Notes: generated by a model not told the origin, from the letters alone. DNA of 64,000 bases from Nitrosopumilus sp. (GCA_963667665.2 OY763927.2:896001-960000), one strand, 5' to 3'. Shown: positions 9,436 to 18,997, numbered from the stretch's first letter. Program-made: numbers and translations.

Positions 9436-9463
9436 GAACAGTGTATAAAATTATACACTGTTC
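9436..9463. other. Perfect 13-bp inverted repeat GAACAGTGTATAA-AA-TTATACACTGTTC
   Basis: Read directly; lies 21 bp before copy 2 of the 871-bp repeat. Confidence 0.8.
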
Positions 9464-9484
9464 AATCTTAGTGTCATTTCATGA

Positions 9485-10355
9485 TTTTCAATTGAGTGTT
9501 CAATTAGGTGGATGGGTGTTAAGTAGGGTGATAAATGATTATGGGAGTGGTTCGTGTCCTCTTTTGTATCCTGAGAATTTTCTATATTCGTAATCAGTTA
9601 AAGGAGTTTGACATCCACATTTACAAAATGTTTTCATGTTTTCAATTTACACTGCACATACAAAAAGATTAGGAATTCATCTTTAGCCAGCAACTGTCTT
9701 TTCCATTTGACAACCATGCAAATTTATGAAGTTTCAAAATATCATTAATCTCCCTCCAGATGTGTTTATCAATCCAATCCTTGGGAGTTATTTTGATAGA
9801 GTCACCCTTATTAACTATTGATACTTTTTTGATTCTCTTTCCAAGATTGTTTACAAAATTTGGTTTGCTTCCAGCTTGTTTTATCAAATCTAGATATTTG
9901 TCATCACCAAGATTCAAGTTAATGTTTGCAGCTTGTGCAGGAGTCTTACCATTTAGCCCTTGATGTGGTTTTACAAAGTTATGGTTGATTTTCAACAACT
10001 CTGAAAATGTCTGTGCTGATTCATCATTTCCCAATCCACGTCTAGCTTTGAGTTTTTCTCTTATCTCATTATGGTATCTCTCAATAGGCCTATTCACAAA
10101 GCCATCTTTGAGTGATTTTGTTTTGATATGTGCAGTTTTATTTTCAAACTCTTTTCTAATTGCTTCTTGGTAAGAGTTGAGACAATCAGTTAATACATAA
10201 TTTGGATTCTGTGATACTATCTTTTTGCCACTTGTGATAATCTTTCTTGCATCTGAAATTTTCCTTTTCTGTTGATTTGGGATATTTTTTTTGACAAAAC
10301 TTGAAGACAGAGTCAAATCTAACATTATTTCTGAAATTAGAATCACTACATTTTA
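9485..10355. repeat. 871-bp direct repeat, copy 2
   Basis: Matches 2827-3697. Confidence 0.95.
9669..10346 (-). pseudogene. IS6-like transposase C-terminal part (duplicate)
   Basis: Translation identical to 3011-3688. Confidence 0.8.
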
Positions 10356-10464
10356 CAAAGTAAAACAACGAAGAAATTCTTTGTAGTTCATCATCAGATG
10401 GATTTTCAGGATGAGTGACAATATCATCAATCTCTTTTGCCATCTGTTCTAATGGGTTATCCAA
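10186..10464 (-). CDS. Hypothetical protein, probably interrupted by the transposase remnant
   Basis: ORF crosses the repeat boundary at 10355 in frame. Confidence 0.35.
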   Translation of the reverse strand: MDNPLEQMAKEIDDIVTHPENPSDDELQRISSLFYFVKCSDSNFRNNVRFDSVFKFCQKKYPKSTEKENFRCKKDYHKWQKDSITESKLCIN

Positions 10465-11089
10465 GAATTTGATTTTATCATGGAATTTTTATCTTTAACG
10501 CTCCGCTCGGCCCCTTTGGGGGGCCTCGCTACGCTTTGATTTTCTCTTAGAAAATCTATCAGGATTTCCTTTCAGGAAATCATATGGAAAAATTAATAAT
10601 TTTTCTAAAGGGGCCTTGATGTTCCGTACGAACGTGCGTACCGTTACAGCGCGGCGTTCCGTACGGTTCCGTTACGACGTTCGTGCCGTCAGACGTTACG
10701 TTTTACGATTATGTTACGACATGTGATTCTTTGAATCACTAATGATCCATAAGACCATAAAATAGGGCGAATTCTACGAATCTTTGATTCGTTATAACGG
10801 TCTTTCAGACCGTAGTAATAGGGCGAAAATTACAATTAAAAATTTTCAAATCTAGATTATTGAATATTGTAATTTGGGATATCAAGATGAACGGAGGACT
10901 GACAAATTTCTCTCGAAATTAAAAAGACGGTTTTAACCAATTTGATGATTTGAATACAATGTGTTCTTTGTATAGATATCAACAAATCATCATCGATCAA
11001 CAAGAGAGATTTGAGTTGTTTTTTGTACACTCTGGATAAGGACCATTTCAGGACACAGGTTAAAGTAATTTAGAATTTCTCAAAAGAGA

Positions 11090-11368
11090 ATGAGTTCTGT
11101 TTTCTATGGTGATGGATACACTTACTCTCATGAGACAGTCAAAAAGTCAGAACTAATTCCAGAGAAGATATGTCCTCAATGTGGAAATGATGTAGATAAC
11201 AACTTTGAGATTCTTTCAGGAACAATGGAATTACTCATGAAGGATGAATTAGAGATGTTGATACTCAAAAAAGGTACAAAACACAATAGTACGATGTACC
11301 AGATGTGATATCCAGTTTATTCGACAGGAAACCAGGATTACAAGATATAATGTGAAATTCTATGAGTA
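11090..11368 (+). pseudogene. Small zinc-ribbon protein, apparently frameshifted
   Basis: CPQC in the ORF 11090-11308; second knuckle 'RCTRCD' in an alternative frame near 11292. Confidence 0.4.
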
Positions 11369-11711
11369 AACACATAGATTCTGAAAAATAAAGACCGAAG
11401 GTCAAAGCGTAGCGAGGTTTGAGCGAAGCGAAAACCGAGCGGAGCCTTAGAAAATAATTAATCATTCTTCAAACATAGTATTCTTCACCAATACCAATAA
11501 TCAGTATTCTTCACTAGTATTCTGAGTCATCATTCCATCTAGTCAATTCTAGAATTTTTATTTTTACTGTATATTTTGTTACCCTTTTTACTGAGGCCTT
11601 TTCTTTTTTTTCTTTTTTTGTTCGCCGATTCGCTGTTAGGGTATATTGCGAATAAAGTGTTTTCGTGCCTAGATTGAAATTATTCGCCAAAAGTTAGTTT
11701 TAGGAGTAAAT

Positions 11712-11765
11712 TGGGATCAATGGGATCAATGGGATCAATGGGATCAATGGGATCAATGGGATCAT
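11712..11765 (+). repeat. Six tandem 9-bp repeats TGGGATCAA (iteron-like; last copy TGGGATCAT)
   Basis: Read directly. Confidence 0.95.
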
Positions 11766-11802
11766 TTTGTGTCTGTTAAATAGAAAATGACAATCTAAAA
11801 TT

Positions 11803-12042
11803 GTGAAAAATAAATATTATAGAAAATGTGGTAGCCGAAGTAAAAATAGAAAACGTTGGATTATTGAACTTCCAATAAAATGGGTTAAAGAATTACAATT
11901 AGAAGAAGCAATGATGGAATTAGTTCTAAAAGGTAACACAATAACAATACGAAAAGTTGTAGAATCAAAATCAACAGATGAAAAGATACCCGAGAACAGT
12001 GTTGGAACCGCAGGTGATGGTCCGACTATTACAAGATATTAA
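11803..12042 (+). CDS. AbrB/MazE/SpoVT-like DNA-binding protein
   Basis: 'WIIELPIKWVKELQLEE..MELVLKGNTITIRK' swapped-hairpin pattern. Confidence 0.65.
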   Translation: MKNKYYRKCGSRSKNRKRWIIELPIKWVKELQLEEAMMELVLKGNTITIRKVVESKSTDEKIPENSVGTAGDGPTITRY

Positions 12043-12044
12043 TT

Positions 12045-15000
12045 CTAAACAACAAATATCTTAACTCCTATTTTTTCTTCTTCTGTAAGTGATTCATAAA
12101 CGTCTTGGATTTTTGGACTAATTGACCATACATGACACTCTTTGAATCCTAACTGTTTCCATTTTACCATATTTAGTTTGACATGACTTTTATGAGAATC
12201 GGACTCTGCGTTTGACTCTATTTCAACAGATATTGGAATTTCTTTTTCATAATCATAAGCTACAAAATCTGTTCGTAATTTGCCTTTCTTTACTTTTTGT
12301 GTAGCTACTGTGACAAAGTTTCCTTTTGAAACATAATGATCTGTTACCTTTTGAACCATCATTGGAATGTCTTTGGCACTTCCTACAGTCTCAGAAGAAT
12401 AATCAAATAATTGAGATTTTGTCTTATCTGTCAATGAATATACTCCCTTATGGCCTTCAGTTTTAGAAAGCATTTTTTTGTTTACCATGTTCTGCAGAAT
12501 GTCCTTAGACATGGTATCTCGATGAATTGTACCGCCTTTGAAGCTATCAACAATCTTTTGAAGTCCAAGTGGTGAATCTTTGAGAATACAACAAACCAAC
12601 CATTCATCTTCTGTTGGAGGCTCAAATGAGATATTCTTGAGCCATACATTGCTTTGAGAGGAATATTGCTTCATCAAAGAGTCGCCAACTACACCATGAC
12701 CGTATTTCTCCTTTTGAGATTCTATGAATTCATCTAGGAATTCCTTTGGCTGAGTATCTTTTTTAGGAAAAACTGGCCAAAACTGGATAGGTATTGGTTG
12801 GGTTTCCCCTGGAGCTGCAATTAATCTTACAGTCCAGGGATAGTATTCTTGTGTAGCTAGCTGCGATTCAATCTCTTTGGTATATGTTGGATCCCAAATT
12901 TGGCCAAATCTTTTACCATCTCTGCCAGAAACCTTTCCTACAAATTGAGTTCCTACATTTCCTGTAATAATTTCAAACAATTTATCATTAAGCTGAGTCG
13001 ATGTTTGATGTGCCAGTAACAATGATAGTTTGTATGATCTAGCTTGTGTCAACATTGATTCTATTATTGGCAGATTTGCAATATCTTGAAATTCATCTAA
13101 TGCCAAAACAACCTGTGTTCTGTCTTCTTCAATTTTGATTCTATCTGCTCTTTCTTGTATTACAAACCACAGCTTGATCACCAATGTTTGTTTAGCTAAA
13201 GTTATGATATGCTGAGGAATGTTTAGTGGTGATAATCTAATTATTGTGACATGTCCTGGTGAAATCAATTCATCAAAATTAATGGTTGATTCTCTGACAC
13301 AGAAAAGATGTCTCAGAATTGGGTCTGTTGCAAATTTCTCAACTCTATTCAATACTGGCTCATAAGCTTCTTTGGACATTCCTGCAATGGATTCAACTGC
13401 TTGTTGTAAAACAGCATCAGGCTTTCCTAATTCCTTGAACATTTTTGATAACATTTCTGTTCCATCTTCCTGGATAGAGATTATAATCTCATACAAATCA
13501 AGAAATGTTGGTTTGTCATTATTCAGATATAGATATTGTAGTAGTGTGTCTAGAATTCTTTTTAGTCTGACAAAAGAATCAGAGCCATTATACCAATATT
13601 CTATCATTGTCATAATATAACCAACATATTGTGAAACTACAGCTTCTCTGTTTTCTGGAAGATATGATGGAAGCTCCAAAATATTCATAGAGAATTTTGT
13701 TTGGATTGGATCCAAAAAGTGAACATTACCTTTTGCTAATGTTTCATTTTCGCATTGTCTTAGAAAATCATATGAATCAGATCCCTTTGGGTCAATTAGG
13801 ATGAAGGCATTTGGGAAATTTCCAGAAATATTTGAGAGCTCCAAATGTTTTGCAATTGCTCTGATTAGAGTGGTTTTTCCTGATTTGGTACCACCAACTG
13901 CATACATGTGAGTTGGAATATCCTCAGTGGATAGAACTATGCTCTTAGTTTCTGCTGAATGAATGAAATTACCATAGAAATTAGGTTCATCATAATTTAA
14001 CGTGGAATTTCTTGAATAATATCCAAGACAATAACCAATTTTGTTCATCTGTTGTTGTGGCATTGATTGTTTTCGGGTGATGGTTAGATGCTTTGTGGTG
14101 CTGTTAGGTAAATGAATGAACAATCCCAATTCACTTGGAATTAATAACAAAAATGGTGGCGATTTTCTTGTCTTATATTTTCCACTCCAAGATTTTGAAC
14201 AATAATCATTTACTATTTTTGGGAATTGATGTATAGGATCAGGAAGTAGTCTGTCTGGAAATATGTCTATCTTTTGTTTTTTTGTTTTCTCTGAATTTAT
14301 CTTGATGTATTGTGGATTTTTTTCTGAATAAAAATTATCATATTTGTAGATATTTTTGGTAACATGCTCAAAATTTGAGCGGATATTTTCAACTGGTAAG
14401 GATTCTATTTCTGAGAAATCTAAATCCAAATCAACATTTGATTCTACCAATCCTCTAACAGACAACAACACATGTGAGTCCTGAGTCTTCATAGTGCTGT
14501 GTTTTTCTAATACTTTGAAATTTGTTGCAAAGTCGTGAAACTTTTCTGGATGTTCTCGTCCTTCAGTTTTACTTGTGAATAGCATATCTGATGTACTGTA
14601 ATAGTCATTAGCTGTTACTGTCTTGTAATGGTTTTTGATATTAGTTGAATGAGATTGTAGTTCTTTCACAAAAGAATGGTTTTTGAATACTAGCTGAATC
14701 CATGCGTATTTTGAAAGCTGGATGGTATTTGCAATTTGTGTGATTAACAGATGTGCTTTTGCCTGATCAAAGACTGTTGTATAATGACCGTGCTTGTATC
14801 CTACATCAAATATTTGGTAATCCTTGTTTTTATCAAACCAGTCAGGAACCAAATAATCAATATCTTCAAAATCAATATTTTGATACATGTTGTAAAATGA
14901 CTGTTTTAGCTTGTCAAGATCGTGGGTTGATGCCACCAAAACTATGTGAAGTTGTTGTTTTTCTGAATCCCACCATAACTCCATTGAGCGAATTCCTGCA

Positions 15001-15161
15001 GAAATTATTCCCCCTACGTTGTTTATTGCGTTTTTTACGTCCATAGTTGTTGGAATTGAAATAAAACACGCCTTGAGTTCAGTATTTGTTCCTACAAATC
15101 TTTCTGTTTGGTCTAATAATCCTGGAATATTTTTAGAGTTTGAAAGCTTCCAATTAGCCAT
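12045..15161 (-). CDS. HerA/FtsK-superfamily (VirD4/TraD-like) ATPase with putative C-terminal wHTH and PD-(D/E)xK-like domains
   Basis: Walker A GGTKSGKT, 'LIDPKG', Walker B LALDEFQ, 'ARSYKLSLLLAHQ'; C-terminal 'RTDFVAYD..ISVEIE'. Confidence 0.8.
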   Translation of the reverse strand: MANWKLSNSKNIPGLLDQTERFVGTNTELKACFISIPTTMDVKNAINNVGGIISAGIRSMELWWDSEKQQLHIVLVASTHDLDKLKQSFYNMYQNIDFEDIDYLVPDWFDKNKDYQIFDVGYKHGHYTTVFDQAKAHLLITQIANTIQLSKYAWIQLVFKNHSFVKELQSHSTNIKNHYKTVTANDYYSTSDMLFTSKTEGREHPEKFHDFATNFKVLEKHSTMKTQDSHVLLSVRGLVESNVDLDLDFSEIESLPVENIRSNFEHVTKNIYKYDNFYSEKNPQYIKINSEKTKKQKIDIFPDRLLPDPIHQFPKIVNDYCSKSWSGKYKTRKSPPFLLLIPSELGLFIHLPNSTTKHLTITRKQSMPQQQMNKIGYCLGYYSRNSTLNYDEPNFYGNFIHSAETKSIVLSTEDIPTHMYAVGGTKSGKTTLIRAIAKHLELSNISGNFPNAFILIDPKGSDSYDFLRQCENETLAKGNVHFLDPIQTKFSMNILELPSYLPENREAVVSQYVGYIMTMIEYWYNGSDSFVRLKRILDTLLQYLYLNNDKPTFLDLYEIIISIQEDGTEMLSKMFKELGKPDAVLQQAVESIAGMSKEAYEPVLNRVEKFATDPILRHLFCVRESTINFDELISPGHVTIIRLSPLNIPQHIITLAKQTLVIKLWFVIQERADRIKIEEDRTQVVLALDEFQDIANLPIIESMLTQARSYKLSLLLAHQTSTQLNDKLFEIITGNVGTQFVGKVSGRDGKRFGQIWDPTYTKEIESQLATQEYYPWTVRLIAAPGETQPIPIQFWPVFPKKDTQPKEFLDEFIESQKEKYGHGVVGDSLMKQYSSQSNVWLKNISFEPPTEDEWLVCCILKDSPLGLQKIVDSFKGGTIHRDTMSKDILQNMVNKKMLSKTEGHKGVYSLTDKTKSQLFDYSSETVGSAKDIPMMVQKVTDHYVSKGNFVTVATQKVKKGKLRTDFVAYDYEKEIPISVEIESNAESDSHKSHVKLNMVKWKQLGFKECHVWSISPKIQDVYESLTEEEKIGVKIFVV

Positions 15162-15269
15162 AACTGCAAATACTGAGGAATTATTTAAGATGAAAAATGG
15201 CTAGTTCAGTGGCGAACTAATATCGATTGTCAGTCAATTTGTATACTGTTTTTTTCTAATTAAACATTG

Positions 15270-15298
15270 TGGACGGGTCGGGATTTGAACCCGAGACC
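15270..15298 (-). other. 3' fragment of a tRNA (probably tRNA-Ala); att-site scar
   Basis: Reverse complement GGTCTCGGGTTCAAATCCCGACCCGTCCA gives a T-arm with GTTCAAAT plus an acceptor 3' strand with U70 and A73; no D or anticodon arm upstream. Confidence 0.75.
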
Positions 15299-15307
15299 AA
15301 TCGACTG

Positions 15308-15361
15308 GGTTCTGTAACATCACCGGTTGGATCTTCTTCGTGTAACACATCGGTTGGTTTT
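15308..15361 (+). mobile_element. ~50-bp mobile-element end or recombination site, copy 2 (left end of the 15.3-24.6 kb block)
   Basis: ggttctgtaacatcaccggttggatcttcttcgtgtaacacatcggttggtttt. Confidence 0.8.
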
Positions 15362-15522
15362 TGTGCAAATCTACCAAAGTTTGGTCATTAAATCTCCCAT
15401 CGGGTTTTGTCAGATCAGCAATACTCCCCACTTTTGTTTATAACTCTAATCTTAATTTTCAAAAAATCATAAATTTTTTGTTGACTGTTAATATTATATT
15501 CTATCAAATCGTATAGTATTAC

Positions 15523-15777
15523 ATGCATTGGATAGGATGGTTAGCAGCTGGAGTACTTGCATGCATTGCTTATGACAAGTTACCTTCAGAAAATAAACAA
15601 AAATGGGAAACTGCAATTAAATCTCATCATGGTGAGTGGGGATTAGCTGGTGTTGCAGGTGGGTTAGCTACTGATAATCTTGGTTTAGCTGCATTTGGTG
15701 CAGGTCTAACTCTACACGATCTGCCTGACAAAAATAAATGGTTTACAGGCGATAAGAAAAACAACGTTTCATTCTAG
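15523..15777 (+). CDS. Small Gly/Ala-rich membrane protein
   Basis: 84-aa ORF with hydrophobic segments and HHGEWG / LHD motifs. Confidence 0.6.
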   Translation: MHWIGWLAAGVLACIAYDKLPSENKQKWETAIKSHHGEWGLAGVAGGLATDNLGLAAFGAGLTLHDLPDKNKWFTGDKKNNVSF

Positions 15778-15851
15778 TCTGCGTTCTTATTCATTTCAAA
15801 CTGAGTTAATTGACCACAGTATTTTTTGCATATGCATAATCTGTCAGTCTG

Positions 15852-16127
15852 ATGGTTTCAAAAAAAGCAGTTCACTTGCTAGAATTACTATTGCAAGGAG
15901 ATATTATGTTACGAGATGGAATGCTTGATCCATCAAAGAAATGGAACTCTGAGCATGATGCCTTTCACAGTCTAGTCCAAACATATGCTGGTCTTTTGGA
16001 TCAAAATATCCAAATCTTAGAAGCAATCCAAAAGGAACTTCATGTAAATTGCAAACATCCCAAGAAAATGAGGGATAGAACCTCTGATGGACAGTGGTAT
16101 TGTATGAATTGTAATCTTGATCTATAA
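15852..16127 (+). CDS. Hypothetical protein with C-terminal zinc ribbon
   Basis: CKH...WYCMNC. Confidence 0.65.
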   Translation: MVSKKAVHLLELLLQGDIMLRDGMLDPSKKWNSEHDAFHSLVQTYAGLLDQNIQILEAIQKELHVNCKHPKKMRDRTSDGQWYCMNCNLDL

Positions 16128-16211
16128 TCCTAATTGAATTAAAATGGTTTTAGTTTAACTAAACAATATCTGATTTAGTGAAAATAAATACTACTGATCT
16201 ATTCTAACTTT

Positions 16212-16766
16212 GTGCAGGGATTAGATGTTTTTGATACTTTAGGCTTAACCTTAGCGTCTAATGATAATAAAATTGTAGGACGCACAACCATTCAAAAACT
16301 AATTTATTTTGAAACTATTAAAATTCCAGAAATTAAATTAAATCAGCCTTATTTTGCCTATTTTTATGGTCCATTTAACAAAAATGTGGCAAAATCTCTT
16401 GAACAAATGGTAATTCTTGATATTTTCGAAGAACATAGAACATATGACAACCATGGAAGTTATGTCTATAAAGTATCAGCCAAGGGTAATCCTCTGATCA
16501 ATAAACTTGTAAAGAAATCTGGAAAAATATTTGATAAAATTGAAAATATTGTTCATACATGTAATGAATACTGTAAATTAGATCCTAACCCACTATCTTT
16601 TGCAGCCAAAGTTCATTTCATGATGAGTTCTCCAAAATCTAAAAAAACCATGACGAATAACGAATTAATGAAGTTAGGAAAATCATTAGGCTGGAAATTA
16701 TCCAGATCTGATATAAAGGGTGGATCTGAATTGTTAAATCAGCTTAACCTTGTTAAAATCCAGTGA
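16212..16766 (+). CDS. YwgA / SocA(Panacea, DUF4065)-like winged-helix protein
   Basis: 'GRTTIQKLIYF' and 'YFYGPF' motifs. Confidence 0.7.
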   Translation: MQGLDVFDTLGLTLASNDNKIVGRTTIQKLIYFETIKIPEIKLNQPYFAYFYGPFNKNVAKSLEQMVILDIFEEHRTYDNHGSYVYKVSAKGNPLINKLVKKSGKIFDKIENIVHTCNEYCKLDPNPLSFAAKVHFMMSSPKSKKTMTNNELMKLGKSLGWKLSRSDIKGGSELLNQLNLVKIQ

Positions 16767-18066
16767 TAAACAATATTTCTCTTACAAATCTATTAGAGAT
16801 CCATTATATGGCTTCATTAATTTATCCAAAAAAGAAACAGAAATTATTGACACGTATGCATTTAGAAGATTACAAAACATCAAACAGCTCTCACATGCAT
16901 ATGTAGTATATCCATCAGCAGTACATACTAGATTTGAACATTCGTTAGGTGCTTTACATGTTGCCGATAGAATGTGTCAACAGTTAGGACTAGAAAGAAA
17001 AAAAAGAGAACTTGTCAGACTATCCATTCTTTTACATGATATTGGTCATGGTCCATTTTCTCATTTATTTGAACAGGTTTTAAAAAAAATCAATAAGGAA
17101 CAATTTGAACATGAAGATATTTCTACCTGGATTATTAACGAAAATTCTGAAATATCTTCAATTGTCAAAAATTATAAAAAATCAATAATTGAAATTCTTA
17201 AAAAAGACGACAGAGTTCCAAAATGGGAGTCTTCTGGCAACTCTCTTTTATCAGATATTGTTTCTAGTGGTCTTGATGCAGATAAACTAGATTACTTGAG
17301 ACGAGATTCTTATCATATTGGTGTTGCTTATGGACAATTTGATTTAGAAAGAGTTATTCAAACAATTAGATCAAATCAAAATAAAACTCGTCTCTGCATT
17401 GATGGTAAGGGTAAAGATTCTGTAGAAAATTACCGATTGGGTAGATATCTAATGCATGCCCAAGTATACGAACACCATACCAGAATTGTAGCAGATTCAA
17501 TGTTTTTGAAAGCCTTAGATTTAGCAATTACAAAGGAAAAAATTCTTGATAAAAAATTACTTACTATATCAAAAAATTCTTCTCATAAACGGTTTCTAAA
17601 ATACTATTTAGAATTAGATGATAGAAACATCTATGATACTATTCTTAAAAAACCACGTTCCGAAGCTGCAAAACTTCTAACTGCCATAAAACAACGTAAA
17701 TTATTGAAAAGAGCTTGTGATTATCCTATAACCTCTATGGTTAATGCAGATGTAGCCGAAAAAATTATAAAAATGAATACAAACGAATTAGAAAAAGAGA
17801 TAGCCAAAAAAACAAAAATTAACATCAATCAAATCATTGTATATTTCTCAGAAATTAACATAAAGTTATACGACAAACGTGACATACTAGTTCTTTGGAG
17901 AGGACAGCTAAAAGATTTCAATGATCTTTCCCCAATTTCAGCTCAATCATCAGTTCAAAGACTTTTGGTTTTTGGACCTAGAGATGATAACAAACGGAAA
18001 AAAATCACACAAGAAGTAGCAAACTATCTTAATATTCCAATGAAAGAAATTCGTCCAATGAGTTAG
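16750..18066 (+). CDS. HD-domain dNTP triphosphohydrolase (SAMHD1/YwfO-like)
   Basis: IRDPLYG, RRLQNIKQL, HTRFEHSLG, LLHDIGHGPFSH, DADKLDYLRRD, VYEHH. Confidence 0.9.
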   Translation: MLKSSDKQYFSYKSIRDPLYGFINLSKKETEIIDTYAFRRLQNIKQLSHAYVVYPSAVHTRFEHSLGALHVADRMCQQLGLERKKRELVRLSILLHDIGHGPFSHLFEQVLKKINKEQFEHEDISTWIINENSEISSIVKNYKKSIIEILKKDDRVPKWESSGNSLLSDIVSSGLDADKLDYLRRDSYHIGVAYGQFDLERVIQTIRSNQNKTRLCIDGKGKDSVENYRLGRYLMHAQVYEHHTRIVADSMFLKALDLAITKEKILDKKLLTISKNSSHKRFLKYYLELDDRNIYDTILKKPRSEAAKLLTAIKQRKLLKRACDYPITSMVNADVAEKIIKMNTNELEKEIAKKTKININQIIVYFSEINIKLYDKRDILVLWRGQLKDFNDLSPISAQSSVQRLLVFGPRDDNKRKKITQEVANYLNIPMKEIRPMS

Positions 18067-18102
18067 AAAACACAAAAATAATTATGAATTTAACTAAAAA
18101 TT

Positions 18103-18510
18103 ATGAATTTTAAATCTGAAATTAACCGAGACGAATTAATTCAAAAAGCTAGGGAAGCAAAAGAATTTGCTTATTGTCCTCACTCCGACTTTAAGGTTGG
18201 TGCTGCACTACTCTTAGAAAATGGAAAAATCATACTAGGTTGTAATGTGGAGAATATTTCTTATGGTGCAACAAACTGTGCTGAAAGAACAGCAATCTTC
18301 AAAGCAATATCTAATGGAGAACAATCATTTCAAGCAATAGCTATCTCGTCTTCTAGTTCTCCTGATAAACCAATTTACCCATGCGGAATTTGTAGACAAG
18401 TCATGGCTGAATTTAATCCTGAAATGATTGTCTATGTTGACGGAGATGAAACTTCTTACAAATTATCAGAGTTATTACCAAAATCATTTGACGAAAATCA
18501 AATGAAATAG
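18103..18510 (+). CDS. cdd: Cytidine deaminase (homotetrameric type)
   Basis: AYCPHSDFKVGAAL, GCNVEN, CAERTA, PCGICRQ. Confidence 0.92.
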   Translation: MNFKSEINRDELIQKAREAKEFAYCPHSDFKVGAALLLENGKIILGCNVENISYGATNCAERTAIFKAISNGEQSFQAIAISSSSSPDKPIYPCGICRQVMAEFNPEMIVYVDGDETSYKLSELLPKSFDENQMK

Positions 18511-18595
18511 AATAATCTCTGTTAGACAGAAATTCAATATTTCATCTACATGAATAGAGATCAACTGATAAAATTATTCATAATAACTAACATTA

Positions 18596-18985
18596 TTAGA
18601 TCCTTTTTGAGCGTGGAAGTACAAATCCTGATTTCGTAGGAATGTCTTCGGGAACTGCCTCGTGATAACCATGCAATAATTGATACATAACCTTGTTGAA
18701 CAATGATATTTCAAATTTACTCTCTGAAAAATTATCATAAAACTCAAAAGAATCATCATCATTATAAAAAAACTCTACAACTGATTCATACCAATTCTCT
18801 CTGGGATTTTGATCGTAGATAATCATCTTCCTTAATTGTTCTAAATCTTGTTTTGCACATTCAAGAAATCCATAAATGCCTCGAAGATGTACTTCTGTTT
18901 CTCTAGCAAAACTTTCTGCTCTTTTAATATTATTTTCCAGTTGTTTTAATCGATATGTTAATGCACCAGCTTCTCTTTGATCCAT
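18596..18985 (-). CDS. Hypothetical protein
   Basis: 129-aa ORF in a tightly packed minus-strand operon. Confidence 0.6.
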   Translation of the reverse strand: MDQREAGALTYRLKQLENNIKRAESFARETEVHLRGIYGFLECAKQDLEQLRKMIIYDQNPRENWYESVVEFFYNDDDSFEFYDNFSESKFEISLFNKVMYQLLHGYHEAVPEDIPTKSGFVLPRSKRI

Positions 18986-18997
18986 TTTTTATGCCCT

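Larger units (their letters stand above)
10500..11765. other. Putative replication/transfer origin of an integrated plasmid-like element
   Basis: Bipartite inverted repeat at 10500-10539 / 11402-11445, several 3-nt-loop hairpins, a CGTTAC/GTTCCGTAC-rich tract and 9-bp tandem repeats. Confidence 0.5.

Noticed and set aside
11712-11765. Possible CRISPR array
   Set aside because: 9-bp head-to-tail repeats without spacers; no repeat-spacer array was seen anywhere in the window despite the Cas4-like and CARF genes
15230-15345. Complete tRNA gene
   Set aside because: Only the T-arm and acceptor 3' strand are present; the adjoining sequence is the mobile-element end
15234-15431. ORFs sharing 'MCYTKKIQPV' (also 3528-3740)
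   Set aside because: The similarity comes from the non-coding 50-bp motif; the frames read into unrelated sequence
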